Origin: Rubrimonas sp.
Lineage (GTDB): Bacteria > Pseudomonadota > Alphaproteobacteria > Rhodobacterales > Rhodobacteraceae
NCBI RefSeq assembly: GCF_036788415.1
Contig: NZ_DAIQNN010000006.1
Coordinates: forward strand, 1,906-65,905
Direction: 5' to 3'
DNA: 64,000 bases
The position numbers were made by a program, and so were the translations under genes. Position 1 is the first letter of the stretch. Each line of letters starts with the position of its first letter. This document shows positions 14,546 to 23,601 of this stretch, piece after piece. The notes beneath the pieces were generated by a model that did no database searches, was not told where the DNA came from, and was given only the letters and a program-made list of their open reading frames with translations.

Positions 14546-17421
14546 GGGAACGGCCCTTTCGCGACGGTGCAGCGGTCGAGCAGATAGGCGATCGAGCGAT
14601 AAGGCCGGTCGCTGTGATGCGACAGGCCGATCTCGCAGGTGCGGCTCGACGAGAAACCCTCGGTCACCCCCTCGGGCAGCGCGCCGCGCAACTCCGCCAG
14701 CGCCGCCTTGTTGAGGTCCGGCAGGGTGAAGCCCCGGTCGCCCGACCAGCCGCAGCAGTTGATCTCGGTCGGACGGATCACCTCCTCGGCGCAGGCGGCG
14801 GCGAGGGCGGCGAGCTTGCCCTCCGCGCCGCGCTTGAGCGTCGAGCAGGTCGGGTGGATGGCGACCGTCTTCTCGCGCCGCGTGACCTCCAGCTTCGGCA
14901 GGACGTGGTCGTGCAAGAAATCGGGCAGGTCGAACAGCCGCATGTCGGCGCGGCGGCGCTTCATCGCGCGGAAGGCGCAGGGGCTGGTGTCGAACACCAC
15001 CATGTCGCGGCCTTCGCGGCTCGCGGCCCAGAGCGCCTTCTCAAGTTCGTCGCCCTTGCGGTCGGCCTCGTTCATGAGCCCCTTGCTCTCGAAGGGCTGG
15101 CCGCAGCACATCTTGCCGACGCCCTGGGGATAGACCACGGCGTAACCGGCCTTCTCCATCAGCGAGACCACCTTCGACGAGAGCGAACCGCGCTCTGGAT
15201 CGTAGCGCGCAGGCCCCATGGCGCGGCTGGCGCAGCTCGGGAAATATACGACGCGCGGGCGATTGCCCTCGGCGGGCAGGCGCGGGCGGGCGAGGCCGCC
15301 GGCCCCCGGCATCGAGGACGTCCAGAGCGGGATGCGGTTCCCCGACAGCTTGCGCACGCCGCCGGTGATCGCGCCGAGCGTGCGCGTGCCGAGCAACCGA
15401 TGCACGATGTCCACCGCGCCCAGCGCATATTTCACGATGAAGGCGACTGCGCCGTAATTGCGCCCGACAAGCCCGGCCACGCGCGGGGCCAGCGCCCCCC
15501 AGCGGCGGCTGCGCATGCCCTTGATCATGGCGCCGGTGTCGACCCCCACCGGGCAGGCCTTGGCGCAAAGCGAATCCACGGCGCAGCTGTCGATCGCCTG
15601 AAGGTCGAAGGCCGCCTCGAACTCGGCGAGCTTCTGCGGGGACTCTCCCGTGTCGCGCAGCCGCGCCATCTCGCGCAGCGTCGAGATGCGCTGGCGGGGC
15701 GTCAGCGTGTAGTCGCGCGAGGGGCAGACAGGCTCGCAGAAACCGCATTCGATGCAGCGGTCGACCTGCGGGTCGGCGGGCGGCATCGGCTTGATGTCGC
15801 GAAGATGCGCCTGCGGGTCGTCGTTGAGGATGACGCCGGGGTTGAGCAACCCCTCTGGATCGAACAGCCGCTTGAGCCGGCGCATCAGCTCGGTCGCCGT
15901 CGCGCCCCATTCCATCTCGACGAAAGGCGCCATGTTGCGCCCCGTCCCGTGCTCGGCCTTGAGCGCGCCGTCGAGCTCGCCGACCACCAGCGCCGCCAGA
16001 TCGTCCATGAAGGCGGCGTAGCGCGACACCGCGCCCGGCGCGGCGAAGTCCGGCGTCAGCACGAAATGCAGGTTCCCCGCCAGCGCATGGCCGAAGATGA
16101 TGGCGTCGTCGTAGCCGTGCTTGCGGAACAGCGCCTGCAGCCCCAGCGTCAGTTCGGCGAGCTTTGACACGTCCGCCGCAACATCCTCGATGATGACCGT
16201 CGAGCCGGTGGCGCGCATCGCGCCCACCGAGGGGAAGGACCCCTTGCGCACATACCAAAGCTGCTTGCAGCGCACCGGATCGTCGGTGAAGGCGACCGGC
16301 CCAAGCGTGCGGCATGGCGCCAGCGTCGCCTCCAGCTCGGCGATCTTGCGGGCAAGCGCCGCAGCGTCGCCGGCGCGGGTCTCGATCAGCAGCGACGCCG
16401 CCGCGTCGGGCAGCGCCGACAGCTCCTCCGGCACGCCCGGCTTGCCCTCGACGCTGCGCAGCGTCGCGCGGTCCATCAACTCGACGGCGTCGGGGCCGTG
16501 CGGAGCGAGCGCGATCACCGCCTCGGCGGCGGCGCGCACATCCTCGAACGCCACCAGCGCGGTCGCCTTGAAGGCGGGGTCGTCGACGGTGCGATAGGTG
16601 ATCTCGGAGATGAAGCCGAGCGTGCCCTCCGAGCCGATCATCAGATGCTGGAGCATGTCGATCGGGTCGTCGAAGTCGATCAGGGCGTTGAGGCTGTAGC
16701 CGCAGGTGTTCTTGATCGAGAACTTGCGCCGCACCCGCTCAGCGAGCGCGACATCGGCGCGCAGCTCGTCCGACAGCTCGACGAGCCCGTCGAGCAGGTC
16801 CTTGCGCCGCTGCGTGAACACCGCCCGGCTCGTCGGGTCGGCGGTGTCGAGCGTCGAGCCGTCGGCGAGGATGACCCGCATCGAGGCGAGCGTGCGGTAG
16901 CTGTTCTGGGCAGTGCCGCAGCACATGCCGGAGGCGTTGTTGGCGGCGATGCCCCCGATATGGGCGCTGTCGATGGAGGCCGGGTCCGGGCCGAGGCGAC
17001 GACCGTGACGCGCGAGCAGACGGTTGGCCTGCGCGCCGATCACCGCCGGCCCCAGCGTGATCGCGGAGCCGTCCGCAGCGACGCGCCAGCGCCGCCACGG
17101 CGCACCGATGCGCACCAGCACGCTGTCGGTGATCGCCTGCCCCGACAGGCTGGTGCCGCCGGCCCGGAAAGTCACCGGCGTCTTCCAGCGACGCGCGGCG
17201 GCGAGCACCGCCTGAAGCTCCTCCTCGTCGGCGGGCGCGACCACCACGCGGGGGGTCAGACGGTAGAGGCTTGCGTCGGTCCCGTAGGCGAAGCGGCGCA
17301 GCGGGTCGGTGATCACGGCTTCGGGGGGCAACACTCCGGCGATTTCGGAGATGAAGCCGTCATGGGCCTGCGCGTCAGAGGCGGCGCTGTCGCGCCCGGC
17401 GGTGAAGGCGGCGTCGTCCAT
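14536..17421 (-). CDS. FAD-binding and (Fe-S)-binding dehydrogenase (YdiJ/Dld-like D-2-hydroxyacid/D-lactate dehydrogenase)
   Basis: 961 aa. N-terminal FAD_binding_4/FAD-oxidase_C ([12 protein letters not shown]). 2x[4Fe-4S] motifs [13 protein letters not shown] and CAKACPVG. Two CCG domains ([15 protein letters not shown]). Confidence 0.9.
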
Positions 17422-17477
17422 GGCGATCTCCCTGCCCGCGCGCGCGGGCGACGAACTTTGATTTCTTCAAGTCCTTT

Positions 17478-17512
17478 CAAAAGACCATCGCCGACGCGTA
17501 CGGCGTCGGCGA
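17478..17512 (-). terminator. Candidate intrinsic terminator of the hydrogenase operon
   Basis: 10-bp GC stem 17488-17497/17503-17512 (TCGCCGACGC / GCGTCGGCGA) with a 5-nt loop. On the minus strand it is followed by TGGTCTTTTG. The U-tract is short and starts 3 nt after the stem. Confidence 0.4.
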
Positions 17513-17551
17513 CCCGGATTTAGGTCGGTGCGGCGATGCGCCATGCGCGGC

Positions 17552-17580
17552 GGCGCCGCAGAACTTAAGTCTGCGGCGCC
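17552..17580 (-). repeat. GC-rich hairpin just downstream of hynL stop
   Basis: GGCGCCGCAG(A)...(T)CTGCGGCGCC, a 10-11 bp perfect stem around the AT-rich loop ACTTAAG. No U-tract follows, so it is more likely a stabiliser, protein site or repeat remnant than a terminator. Confidence 0.5.
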
Positions 17581-17617
17581 TTGGTCGGAGAAGCCTCCGC
17601 CGCCGGCTTCGGGGCCG

Positions 17618-19366
17618 TCAGGAGACCTGCACGGTCACCCCCGGCTCGCCGTCCGGCCCGACCATGTGCACCGCGCAGGCGAGGCAGGGGTCGAAGCTGT
17701 GGATGGTGCGCAGGATCTCGAGCGGCTGGTCGTGTACTGCGAGCTGGTGGTTGTCCATCAGCGCCGCCTCGTAAGGCCCGTGCTGGCCCTCCGCGTCGAT
17801 CGGTCCGGCGTTCCACGTGCTCGGCACGACCGCCTGATAGTTCGACAGCTTGCCGTTCTCGATCACCGACCAGTGGGTCAGCGCGCCGCGCGGGGCCTCG
17901 AGGAAGCCCACGCCCTTGCACTGGTCCGGCCAAGTTCTGGGGTTCCACAGCGCGGTGTTGAAGGTCGTGCGGTCGCCGGCGCGGATGTTGGCCACGAGGT
18001 CGTCGTACCAGATCATCATCTGATCGGCGATGATCTTGCTCTCGAGCGTGCGCGCCGCCGTCCGACCCATGGTCGAGAACATCGCCGTCAGCGGCAGATC
18101 GAGGGTGGACAGCGCATAGCCCGCCAGCTCCTTGGTCGGCTCGTGGCCGGTCGCATAGAGCATCAGCACGCGGGCGAGCGGGCCGACTTCCATCGGCTTG
18201 CCCTTCCAGCGCGGCGATTTCAGCCAGGAATAGTCCTGATCGACGTCGAGCTGCGTGTAGGGCGGCTTCGGCCCGGTGTAGTTGAGGGTCGTCTCGCCGT
18301 CGAACGGGTGCAGACCCGTGTTCTTGCCGACCGAGTAGTCGTACCAGGCGTGGCTGACGAATTCCTGGATCTGGCTGTCGTCGTAGAGGTCGATCGGCTC
18401 GACCTTCGACAGGTCGCGGTCGAGGATGACGCCCGCGGGCAGGAACAGCCCCGACATGTCGCCCCGCGGCCCCGGCGTCGGGAAGTCGCCGACGCACAGG
18501 AAGTTGCCCACGCCCTCGCCGCGCTCGAACCAGTCCTTGTAGAAGGACGCGATCGCCAGCGTGTCTGGGACGTAGACCTGATCGACGAAGCGCTGCATCT
18601 GCTCGATGACGGTCTTGACCTGCTGGAGGCCGACATCGTTGAACGCGGTCGCCCCCGAGCCGCCGGCGCCGCCCGAGAACGCCGCAGGCACGCCGCCCAC
18701 CGCGAAGTTGGGATGCGGGTTCTTGCCGCCGAACACCGCATGCAGCTTGACCACGTCGCGCTGCCAGGCGAGCGCCTCGAGGTAGTGCGCCACCGCCATC
18801 AGGTTCGCCTCGGGCGGCAGCTTGTAGGCCGGATGCCCCCAATAGGCGTTGGCGAAGATGCCGAGCTGGCCGGACTCGACCAGCCCCTTCACCTTCTTCT
18901 GCACATCGGCGAAGTAGCCGGGGCTCGACTTCTCGTAGGGCGAGATCGACTGTGCGAGCTGCGAGGTCGCCGCCGGGTCGGCGCTCAGCGCCGAGACCAC
19001 GTCCACCCAGTCGAGCGCGTGCAGGTGGTAGAAGTGCATGACATGGTCGTGCACATACTGCGCCGCGATCATCAGATTGCGGATCAGCTGGGCGTTGACG
19101 GGGATCTTGTAGTCCAGCGCGTCCTCGACCGAGCGGACCGAGGCCATGCCGTGCACCAGCGTGCAGACGCCGCAGATGCGCTGCGCGAAGGCCCAGGCGT
19201 CGCGCGGGTCGCGGCCCTTCAGGATGATCTCGATCCCGCGCACCATCGTCCCCGAGGAATAGGCGCCGGTGATGTTCCCGGTCTCGTCCAGCTGCGCCTC
19301 GACGCGCAGATGGCCCTCGATCCGGGTGAGCGGATCGACGACGAGTCGTTCGGTTCCCATGGCCAT
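17618..19366 (-). CDS. hynL: [NiFe]-hydrogenase large subunit (Isp-type/group 1)
   Basis: 582 aa. N-terminal PLTRIEGHLRV and RICGVCTLVHG. C-terminal Ni-Fe ligand motif DPCLACAVH, followed by a 15-aa extension (MVGPDGEPGVTVQVS) of the kind removed by the maturation protease. Confidence 0.95.
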   Translation of the reverse strand: MAMGTERLVVDPLTRIEGHLRVEAQLDETGNITGAYSSGTMVRGIEIILKGRDPRDAWAFAQRICGVCTLVHGMASVRSVEDALDYKIPVNAQLIRNLMIAAQYVHDHVMHFYHLHALDWVDVVSALSADPAATSQLAQSISPYEKSSPGYFADVQKKVKGLVESGQLGIFANAYWGHPAYKLPPEANLMAVAHYLEALAWQRDVVKLHAVFGGKNPHPNFAVGGVPAAFSGGAGGSGATAFNDVGLQQVKTVIEQMQRFVDQVYVPDTLAIASFYKDWFERGEGVGNFLCVGDFPTPGPRGDMSGLFLPAGVILDRDLSKVEPIDLYDDSQIQEFVSHAWYDYSVGKNTGLHPFDGETTLNYTGPKPPYTQLDVDQDYSWLKSPRWKGKPMEVGPLARVLMLYATGHEPTKELAGYALSTLDLPLTAMFSTMGRTAARTLESKIIADQMMIWYDDLVANIRAGDRTTFNTALWNPRTWPDQCKGVGFLEAPRGALTHWSVIENGKLSNYQAVVPSTWNAGPIDAEGQHGPYEAALMDNHQLAVHDQPLEILRTIHSFDPCLACAVHMVGPDGEPGVTVQVS

Positions 19367-19370
19367 CTGC

Positions 19371-20693
19371 TTACTCCGCGACGAGGTTGTCGGCAGCCAG
19401 CACGAGCAGGCTGTTCATCTTCTTGTCCCACTTGAAATGCGCGCCGGCGTCGTCGAACTGCGCGCGGCAGGAATTGCAAGTGGTGGCGAGCATGTTGGCG
19501 CCCGTCGCGCCGATCTGCTTCATCTTGATCTCGAAGGCCGCGTAGCGCAGCGGATCGGCCCGGCGGATGCTCTGCACCCCTCCACCGCCGCCGCAGCACC
19601 AGTTGAGCTCCTCGGGACTGTGCGGCTCGCGCAGTTGCAGACCGAGCGCCTCCATCACCACCCGCGGCGCCTCCGCCGCCCCGCCGCGGCGCGACACCTG
19701 GCAGGGATCGTGGAAGGTCACCGTGTCGCCGATCTGCTGGAACTTGAGCGCGCCGGACTTGACGCCCTCCTCCAGCAGCTCGACCGCGTGCAGCACACGG
19801 AAGGGCAGCGGCGCGCCGTGGACGTTGGCGGCCTCCCAACGCATCGCCTGATAGTCCTGCCCGCATTCCGGCAGCACCACGGTGCGCGCGCCGAGCGCCG
19901 TCGCAGCCCCGATGAGCCTGTCCGACGCTGCGCGCTGCCACGCCTCGTTCCCCGAGACGATGCCGTAATTCGACGTCTCATAGCCTCGCGTCGAATAAGT
20001 CCAGTCGAGCCCCATCCGGTTGAGGATCTTCGCCATCGCGACGATCGCCTCGGGATATTGCGTCAGGTCGGCCTGCGAGGTGCAGACCATCACGTCGGCG
20101 CGCACCTTGTCGACGTTGATCGGGACGCCGGACTCCGCGCTCAGCGCCCGCACCCGGGCGACGAAGTCGTCGGGCGTCGCGCCGGGCAGACCCACGCCGT
20201 CCGCCTGCTCCTTCGCGGCGTCGTAGAGGTCCTGCGGCACGAGGCCGGCTTCGCTCATGCCGTGTCGGGCCTTGCGCACGAGCGAGGCGATGTCGATGCT
20301 CATCGGGCAGATCAGCGTGCAGCGCCCGCACAGGGTGCAGCTGTCATAGAGCAGCTCCTGCCAGGTCTCGAGCTCGGCGATCGTCACTTTAGGCTTCAGC
20401 CCGAGGCGCTTGTAGATGAAGGCCAGCGGCCCCGCCTCGCGCTTGTAGGCCTGCTTGAACGGCTCGAGCTTGAGGATCGGCGTGAACTTCGGGTCGTGCG
20501 TGGCCTCGTAGAAGTGGCAGGCCTTGGCGCAGGCGCCGCAATGGATGCAGGCCTCCATATAGGTCGCCGCCGTGCGCCCGAAATCCTTGGCGAAGTTCTT
20601 CATCGCCTTCTCGACGCGGAGCTTGTCCGCATCGTCGCCCTGCGTGTCGGGGACGAAGGGTTGTTCCATCACGGTATCGATTCCGGCGGTCAT
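19371..20693 (-). CDS. isp2: Isp2: HdrD/DsrK-like Fe-S protein with CCG domains
   Basis: Trimmed to MTAGIDTVMEQPF... (ATG 20693..20691; ATGA overlap with isp1 stop). CIHCGACAKAC and CTLCGRCTLICP ferredoxin motifs. CCG-type motifs FHDPCQVSRRGG and NWCCGGGGG. Confidence 0.85.
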   Translation of the reverse strand: MTAGIDTVMEQPFVPDTQGDDADKLRVEKAMKNFAKDFGRTAATYMEACIHCGACAKACHFYEATHDPKFTPILKLEPFKQAYKREAGPLAFIYKRLGLKPKVTIAELETWQELLYDSCTLCGRCTLICPMSIDIASLVRKARHGMSEAGLVPQDLYDAAKEQADGVGLPGATPDDFVARVRALSAESGVPINVDKVRADVMVCTSQADLTQYPEAIVAMAKILNRMGLDWTYSTRGYETSNYGIVSGNEAWQRAASDRLIGAATALGARTVVLPECGQDYQAMRWEAANVHGAPLPFRVLHAVELLEEGVKSGALKFQQIGDTVTFHDPCQVSRRGGAAEAPRVVMEALGLQLREPHSPEELNWCCGGGGGVQSIRRADPLRYAAFEIKMKQIGATGANMLATTCNSCRAQFDDAGAHFKWDKKMNSLLVLAADNLVAE

Positions 20694-21343
20694 GCCAGGC
20701 CTCCCTTGCGCTCGAAATAGGCGCCGGTCGTATAGCGCGAGGTGACGAACCAGGCGGCGTGCATCAGCTTGCCGAAGGGGAAGTAGATCAGCAGGAGCCA
20801 CACGCTGAGCAGATGAACGGCGAGGCCGGTCTCGTAGATCGGCCACAGGTTGGACTTGGCGGCGAAGCCGGTGATCAGCGGCATGATTGTCACGAACCAG
20901 GTCGCGTAGTCGTCGAAATTGGAGATGCGGCGCATCACCGGGTCGGTCACCCGCTTCACCAGCGTCATGATCAGCGCGACGATGGTCAGGATGCCGAAGA
21001 AGGTGATCACCCCGTTCGGCAGGTTCGGCCACCCGAATCCGAGGATGCTCTTGAAGAACAGGATATGCGCCCCGTAGAGCAGCAGCACGATGAAGAATCC
21101 GAGATGGAACACATAGCCGACCGCGTATTGCAGCGCGACTTGCGGCTCGAAGGGCTTGTAGGGCCACAGATGGACGTAGAGGCCTTTGAGCCCGCCGACC
21201 CAGGCGTAGTTCTTGCGGGCGGTCGAGAGGTCCTTCCTGCCGGGCAGCAACAGAACGCCGACGAGCCGCCAGAAGAAGCCGAAGGCGAAGATCGCGATGG
21301 CGGCCTCCATCGCCGGGCCGCGCGCGAAATCAAGCAACGTCAT
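20690..21343 (-). CDS. isp1: Isp1: NarI/DsrM-like diheme-b membrane protein
   Basis: 217 aa, 5 TM helices. Four candidate heme-ligand His residues (YVHLWP, GYVFHLG, AVHLLSVW, GKLMHAAW). Lies between the hydrogenase small and large subunit genes. Confidence 0.85.
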   Translation of the reverse strand: MTLLDFARGPAMEAAIAIFAFGFFWRLVGVLLLPGRKDLSTARKNYAWVGGLKGLYVHLWPYKPFEPQVALQYAVGYVFHLGFFIVLLLYGAHILFFKSILGFGWPNLPNGVITFFGILTIVALIMTLVKRVTDPVMRRISNFDDYATWFVTIMPLITGFAAKSNLWPIYETGLAVHLLSVWLLLIYFPFGKLMHAAWFVTSRYTTGAYFERKGGLA

Positions 21344-21346
21344 TGG

Positions 21347-22408
21347 TCATTTCTCCTTGGCGATGCGGCTGGTGTTGACGCGCGAGGCGACCGACGCCGC
21401 AGCGCCCACGGCGACGCCGGCGGCCGCGGCCGCGACGATCCCCGCGGCCGAGCCCCAGCGGCCCGCCGACAGCGGCGTGTAGAAGCTGTCCTTGTCCCAG
21501 AAATTCGGCTCGGAGCAGCCGAGGCAGGGATGGCCGGACTGGATCGGGAAGGTGAACCCCTCGTTCCACTTGATCGTGGCGCAGGAGTTGTAGGTGATCG
21601 GCCCCTTGCAGCCGAGTTCGATCAGGCACCAGCCGGCGCGCGCGCCCTCGTCGTCGAAGGAGCGGGCGAACTTGCCCTGATCGTAGAACGGGCGGCGGTA
21701 GCAACGGTCGTGCACCGTCTCGGCGAAGAAGGCTTTCGGGCGCTTGAGGTGATCGACTTCCGGCAGTTCCCCGAAGGTCAGGAAGCTCGTCAGCACGCCG
21801 GCGATCACTTCGGGCATCGGCGGGCAGCCGGGCACGTTGATGACGGGGCGGTTGGTCACGATCTGGTCGGCCCCGACCGCGCCGGTCGGGTTGGGATGGG
21901 CCGCGCCGACGCCGCCGAAGCAGGCGCAGGTGCCGATCGACACGATCGCCGCCGCCCCCGCCGCCGCCTCCTTGAGGATCTCGACATTGGTGTGGCCATT
22001 GATCGTGGAGTAGACGCCGTCATTGGCCAGCGGAATCGAGCCGTCGACCACGACGATGTACTTGCCGAAATTCTCCTTCATCGCGACTTGCAGCGCTTCT
22101 TCGGCCTGATGGCCGGCGGCCGCCTGCAGCGCCTCCTGATAGTCGAGCGAGATCACGTCGAAGAGCAGCGACTCCAGCGTCGGCGCGTGGCTGCGGGTCA
22201 GCGACTCGATGCAGCCCGTGCATTCCTGGAAAGACAGCCAGATCACCGACTGGCGGCGCGAGGCGGCGACGTTCTGCGCCATCGTCGGCACGACGCTGGC
22301 CGGCAGCGCCATGGCGGCGGCGATGCCCGAACAGTATTTCAGAAGCGCCCGGCGGCTGATGCCGCGTTCGCGCAGGGCTTCTCCGATAGTGCCGGGTTCG
22401 TCGCGCAT
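21347..22408 (-). CDS. hynS: [NiFe]-hydrogenase small subunit, Tat-exported
   Basis: Trimmed to MRDEPGTIGEALRERGISRRALLKY... (ATG 22408..22406 preceded by AAGGAGG). Twin-arginine SRRALLK. Cluster ligands ECTGC, GTCACFGG, NVPGCPP, HDRC, GCKGP, HPCLGC. C-terminal TM anchor. Confidence 0.95.
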   Translation of the reverse strand: MRDEPGTIGEALRERGISRRALLKYCSGIAAAMALPASVVPTMAQNVAASRRQSVIWLSFQECTGCIESLTRSHAPTLESLLFDVISLDYQEALQAAAGHQAEEALQVAMKENFGKYIVVVDGSIPLANDGVYSTINGHTNVEILKEAAAGAAAIVSIGTCACFGGVGAAHPNPTGAVGADQIVTNRPVINVPGCPPMPEVIAGVLTSFLTFGELPEVDHLKRPKAFFAETVHDRCYRRPFYDQGKFARSFDDEGARAGWCLIELGCKGPITYNSCATIKWNEGFTFPIQSGHPCLGCSEPNFWDKDSFYTPLSAGRWGSAAGIVAAAAAGVAVGAAASVASRVNTSRIAKEK

Positions 22409-22458
22409 GCGGCGGTCCTCCTTGCAGCGGGGCCGCGCCGCGACCCCTGTGAACGCGC

Positions 22459-22950
22459 TTACGGCTGGCCTGCGGCGCGCGCCGCCAGTCGCTGCGCCAG
22501 GGCCTCGGCCCCGGCGCGGATGTCGCCCATGTCGGCGGCGAGGATGAGCGGCGCTGTCGCGATCTCGATCTCCTCGGCCAGCACGGCGCCTTCGGGATTG
22601 CAGTTCTTCACCCACCACACGCCGGAGACGGAGGTCTCCTGCGCCTCGACGAGCCCGCCGACGCGCACTTCGACACGGGCCTCGCCCGTCCCCAGAGCGG
22701 CGCGCAACGCGTGGTAGTCCTCGGGGCCGATGGGCAGCCCGCGCAGCGTGACGATGCGGCGGTCGTCCTCGCCCGCCGCGACCGCGCGCAGATGCTCCAG
22801 AACCTCGGCCAGGACGGCGTCGACCATCGGCCCGCCCGCGATCGGCTCGGGCGAGGCGACCGGATCGTCGGCGCCCGACAAGCCCTCCAGCGCGCGCGCG
22901 ACGGCCTGGAAATCATGCGTGTGCGTCGGCTTTGCGCTCACAGACCCCAC
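22459..22950 (-). CDS. HupH/HyaF-family hydrogenase expression/formation protein, single-domain (half-size)
   Basis: 163 aa. VDAVLAEVLEHLRAV...IVTLRGLPIGPEDYHALRAALGTGEARVEVRVGGLVEAQETSVSGVWWVK...EEIEIATAPLILAA aligns with my recollection of the repeated HupH_C unit of E. coli HyaF (...INLTQLPISEADRLFLSRLCGPGNIQIRTIGYGESYINATGLRHVWHLR...YEICPIPEVVLAA). Start is uncertain: GTG 22950, or GTG 22941 (GTGA overlap with hynD stop). Confidence 0.7.
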   Translation of the reverse strand: MGSVSAKPTHTHDFQAVARALEGLSGADDPVASPEPIAGGPMVDAVLAEVLEHLRAVAAGEDDRRIVTLRGLPIGPEDYHALRAALGTGEARVEVRVGGLVEAQETSVSGVWWVKNCNPEGAVLAEEIEIATAPLILAADMGDIRAGAEALAQRLAARAAGQP

Positions 22951-23429
22951 GCCTCCAGCTTCGCCCGCGCCAGCGCCGCCATGCGCGGCAGTGCGGCTGA
23001 AACGGCTTCTGTCGGCGTCATGCCCCAGTCGAGCGAGCCCGGCTGCACCCCCACCAGCGCGCGCCGCTGCGGCAGCCGGTCCTGGATGCGGGCCATCCCG
23101 AGCACTTCCATAAGGCTGACTTCATGCACCGAGGTCTTGGGGCCGGTGGTCAGAAAGGCGTCCATCTCGGCGCCTTCGAACACGCGCAGCGTTCCGGGCT
23201 CCGCGTGCAGCTGGGCCGTGTCGAGCACCAGCAGCGCGTCGCAATCGGCGATCGGCCCGGCGAGGGTGAAGGAGAGCGTGCCGCCGTCGAGGAAGCTCAG
23301 GCCGGGGCGCGCGCCCATCGCCGCTTCGAGCGCGCGCAGCGCGTGCACGCCCGCGCCTTCGTCGCTCAGCAGGGTGTTCCCGATCCCGAGGACCAGCGCG
23401 CCCCCAGCATGCTCCAGATCACCGTCCAA
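22938..23429 (-). CDS. hynD: Hydrogenase maturation endopeptidase (HyaD/HybD/HupD family)
   Basis: 163 aa. LVLGIGNTLLSDEGAGVHA (Glu), LLVLDTA (Asp), SVHEVSL (His), the three Ni-binding residues of this protease family. Confidence 0.9.
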   Translation of the reverse strand: MDGDLEHAGGALVLGIGNTLLSDEGAGVHALRALEAAMGARPGLSFLDGGTLSFTLAGPIADCDALLVLDTAQLHAEPGTLRVFEGAEMDAFLTTGPKTSVHEVSLMEVLGMARIQDRLPQRRALVGVQPGSLDWGMTPTEAVSAALPRMAALARAKLEAWGL

Positions 23430-23520
23430 CGCCGTCTCCCTGTCCCTACGATCCTCGCCTCACCTGGGCCGGGGGTCCGCCGGGATCGTCGGAAACTGGA
23501 TCAGATCGGCGTCTTTCCCC

Positions 23521-23534
23521 TTGACCAGTGTCAA
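23521..23534 (-). promoter_or_regulatory. FNR/FixK/CRP-family binding site candidate upstream of hynD
   Basis: Perfect palindrome TTGACCAGTGTCAA (TTGAC-N4-GTCAA; FNR consensus TTGAT-N4-ATCAA). It sits in an unusually AT-rich intergenic stretch, 92-105 bp upstream of the hynD start. Confidence 0.5.
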
Positions 23535-23601
23535 CTTTTAAAGCGCGCTCAGTCGATTATTCCACTCGTGCGACGAAAGTTCTGGTGCACAGTCGCTTAA
23601 C

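Noticed and set aside
17458-17470. TTGATTTCTTCAA upstream of the YdiJ/Dld-like gene as a possible FNR box.
   Set aside because: It is TTGA-N5-TCAA (13 nt), whereas FNR/FixK boxes are TTGA-N6-TCAA (14 nt). The spacing is wrong, so it is not called.
17618-19366. Possible [NiFeSe] hydrogenase or in-frame TGA (selenocysteine) in the large subunit.
   Set aside because: The C-terminal motif reads DPCLACAVH with an ordinary Cys codon, and the ORF is uninterrupted.
22429-22447. Imperfect hairpin (GGGGCCGCG/CGCGACCCC) between the hupH-like gene and hynS as an internal attenuator or processing site.
   Set aside because: The stem is only 4+3 bp with a mismatch and a 3-nt loop, which is indistinguishable from background GC-rich self-complementarity.
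23583-23597. Sigma-54-like TGG...GC element (CTGGTGCACAGTCGCTT) near the hydrogenase upstream region.
   Set aside because: The GG-to-GC spacing is one nucleotide short of the -24/-12 consensus. It also lies on the plus strand, pointing antisense into sdhB rather than towards hynD.
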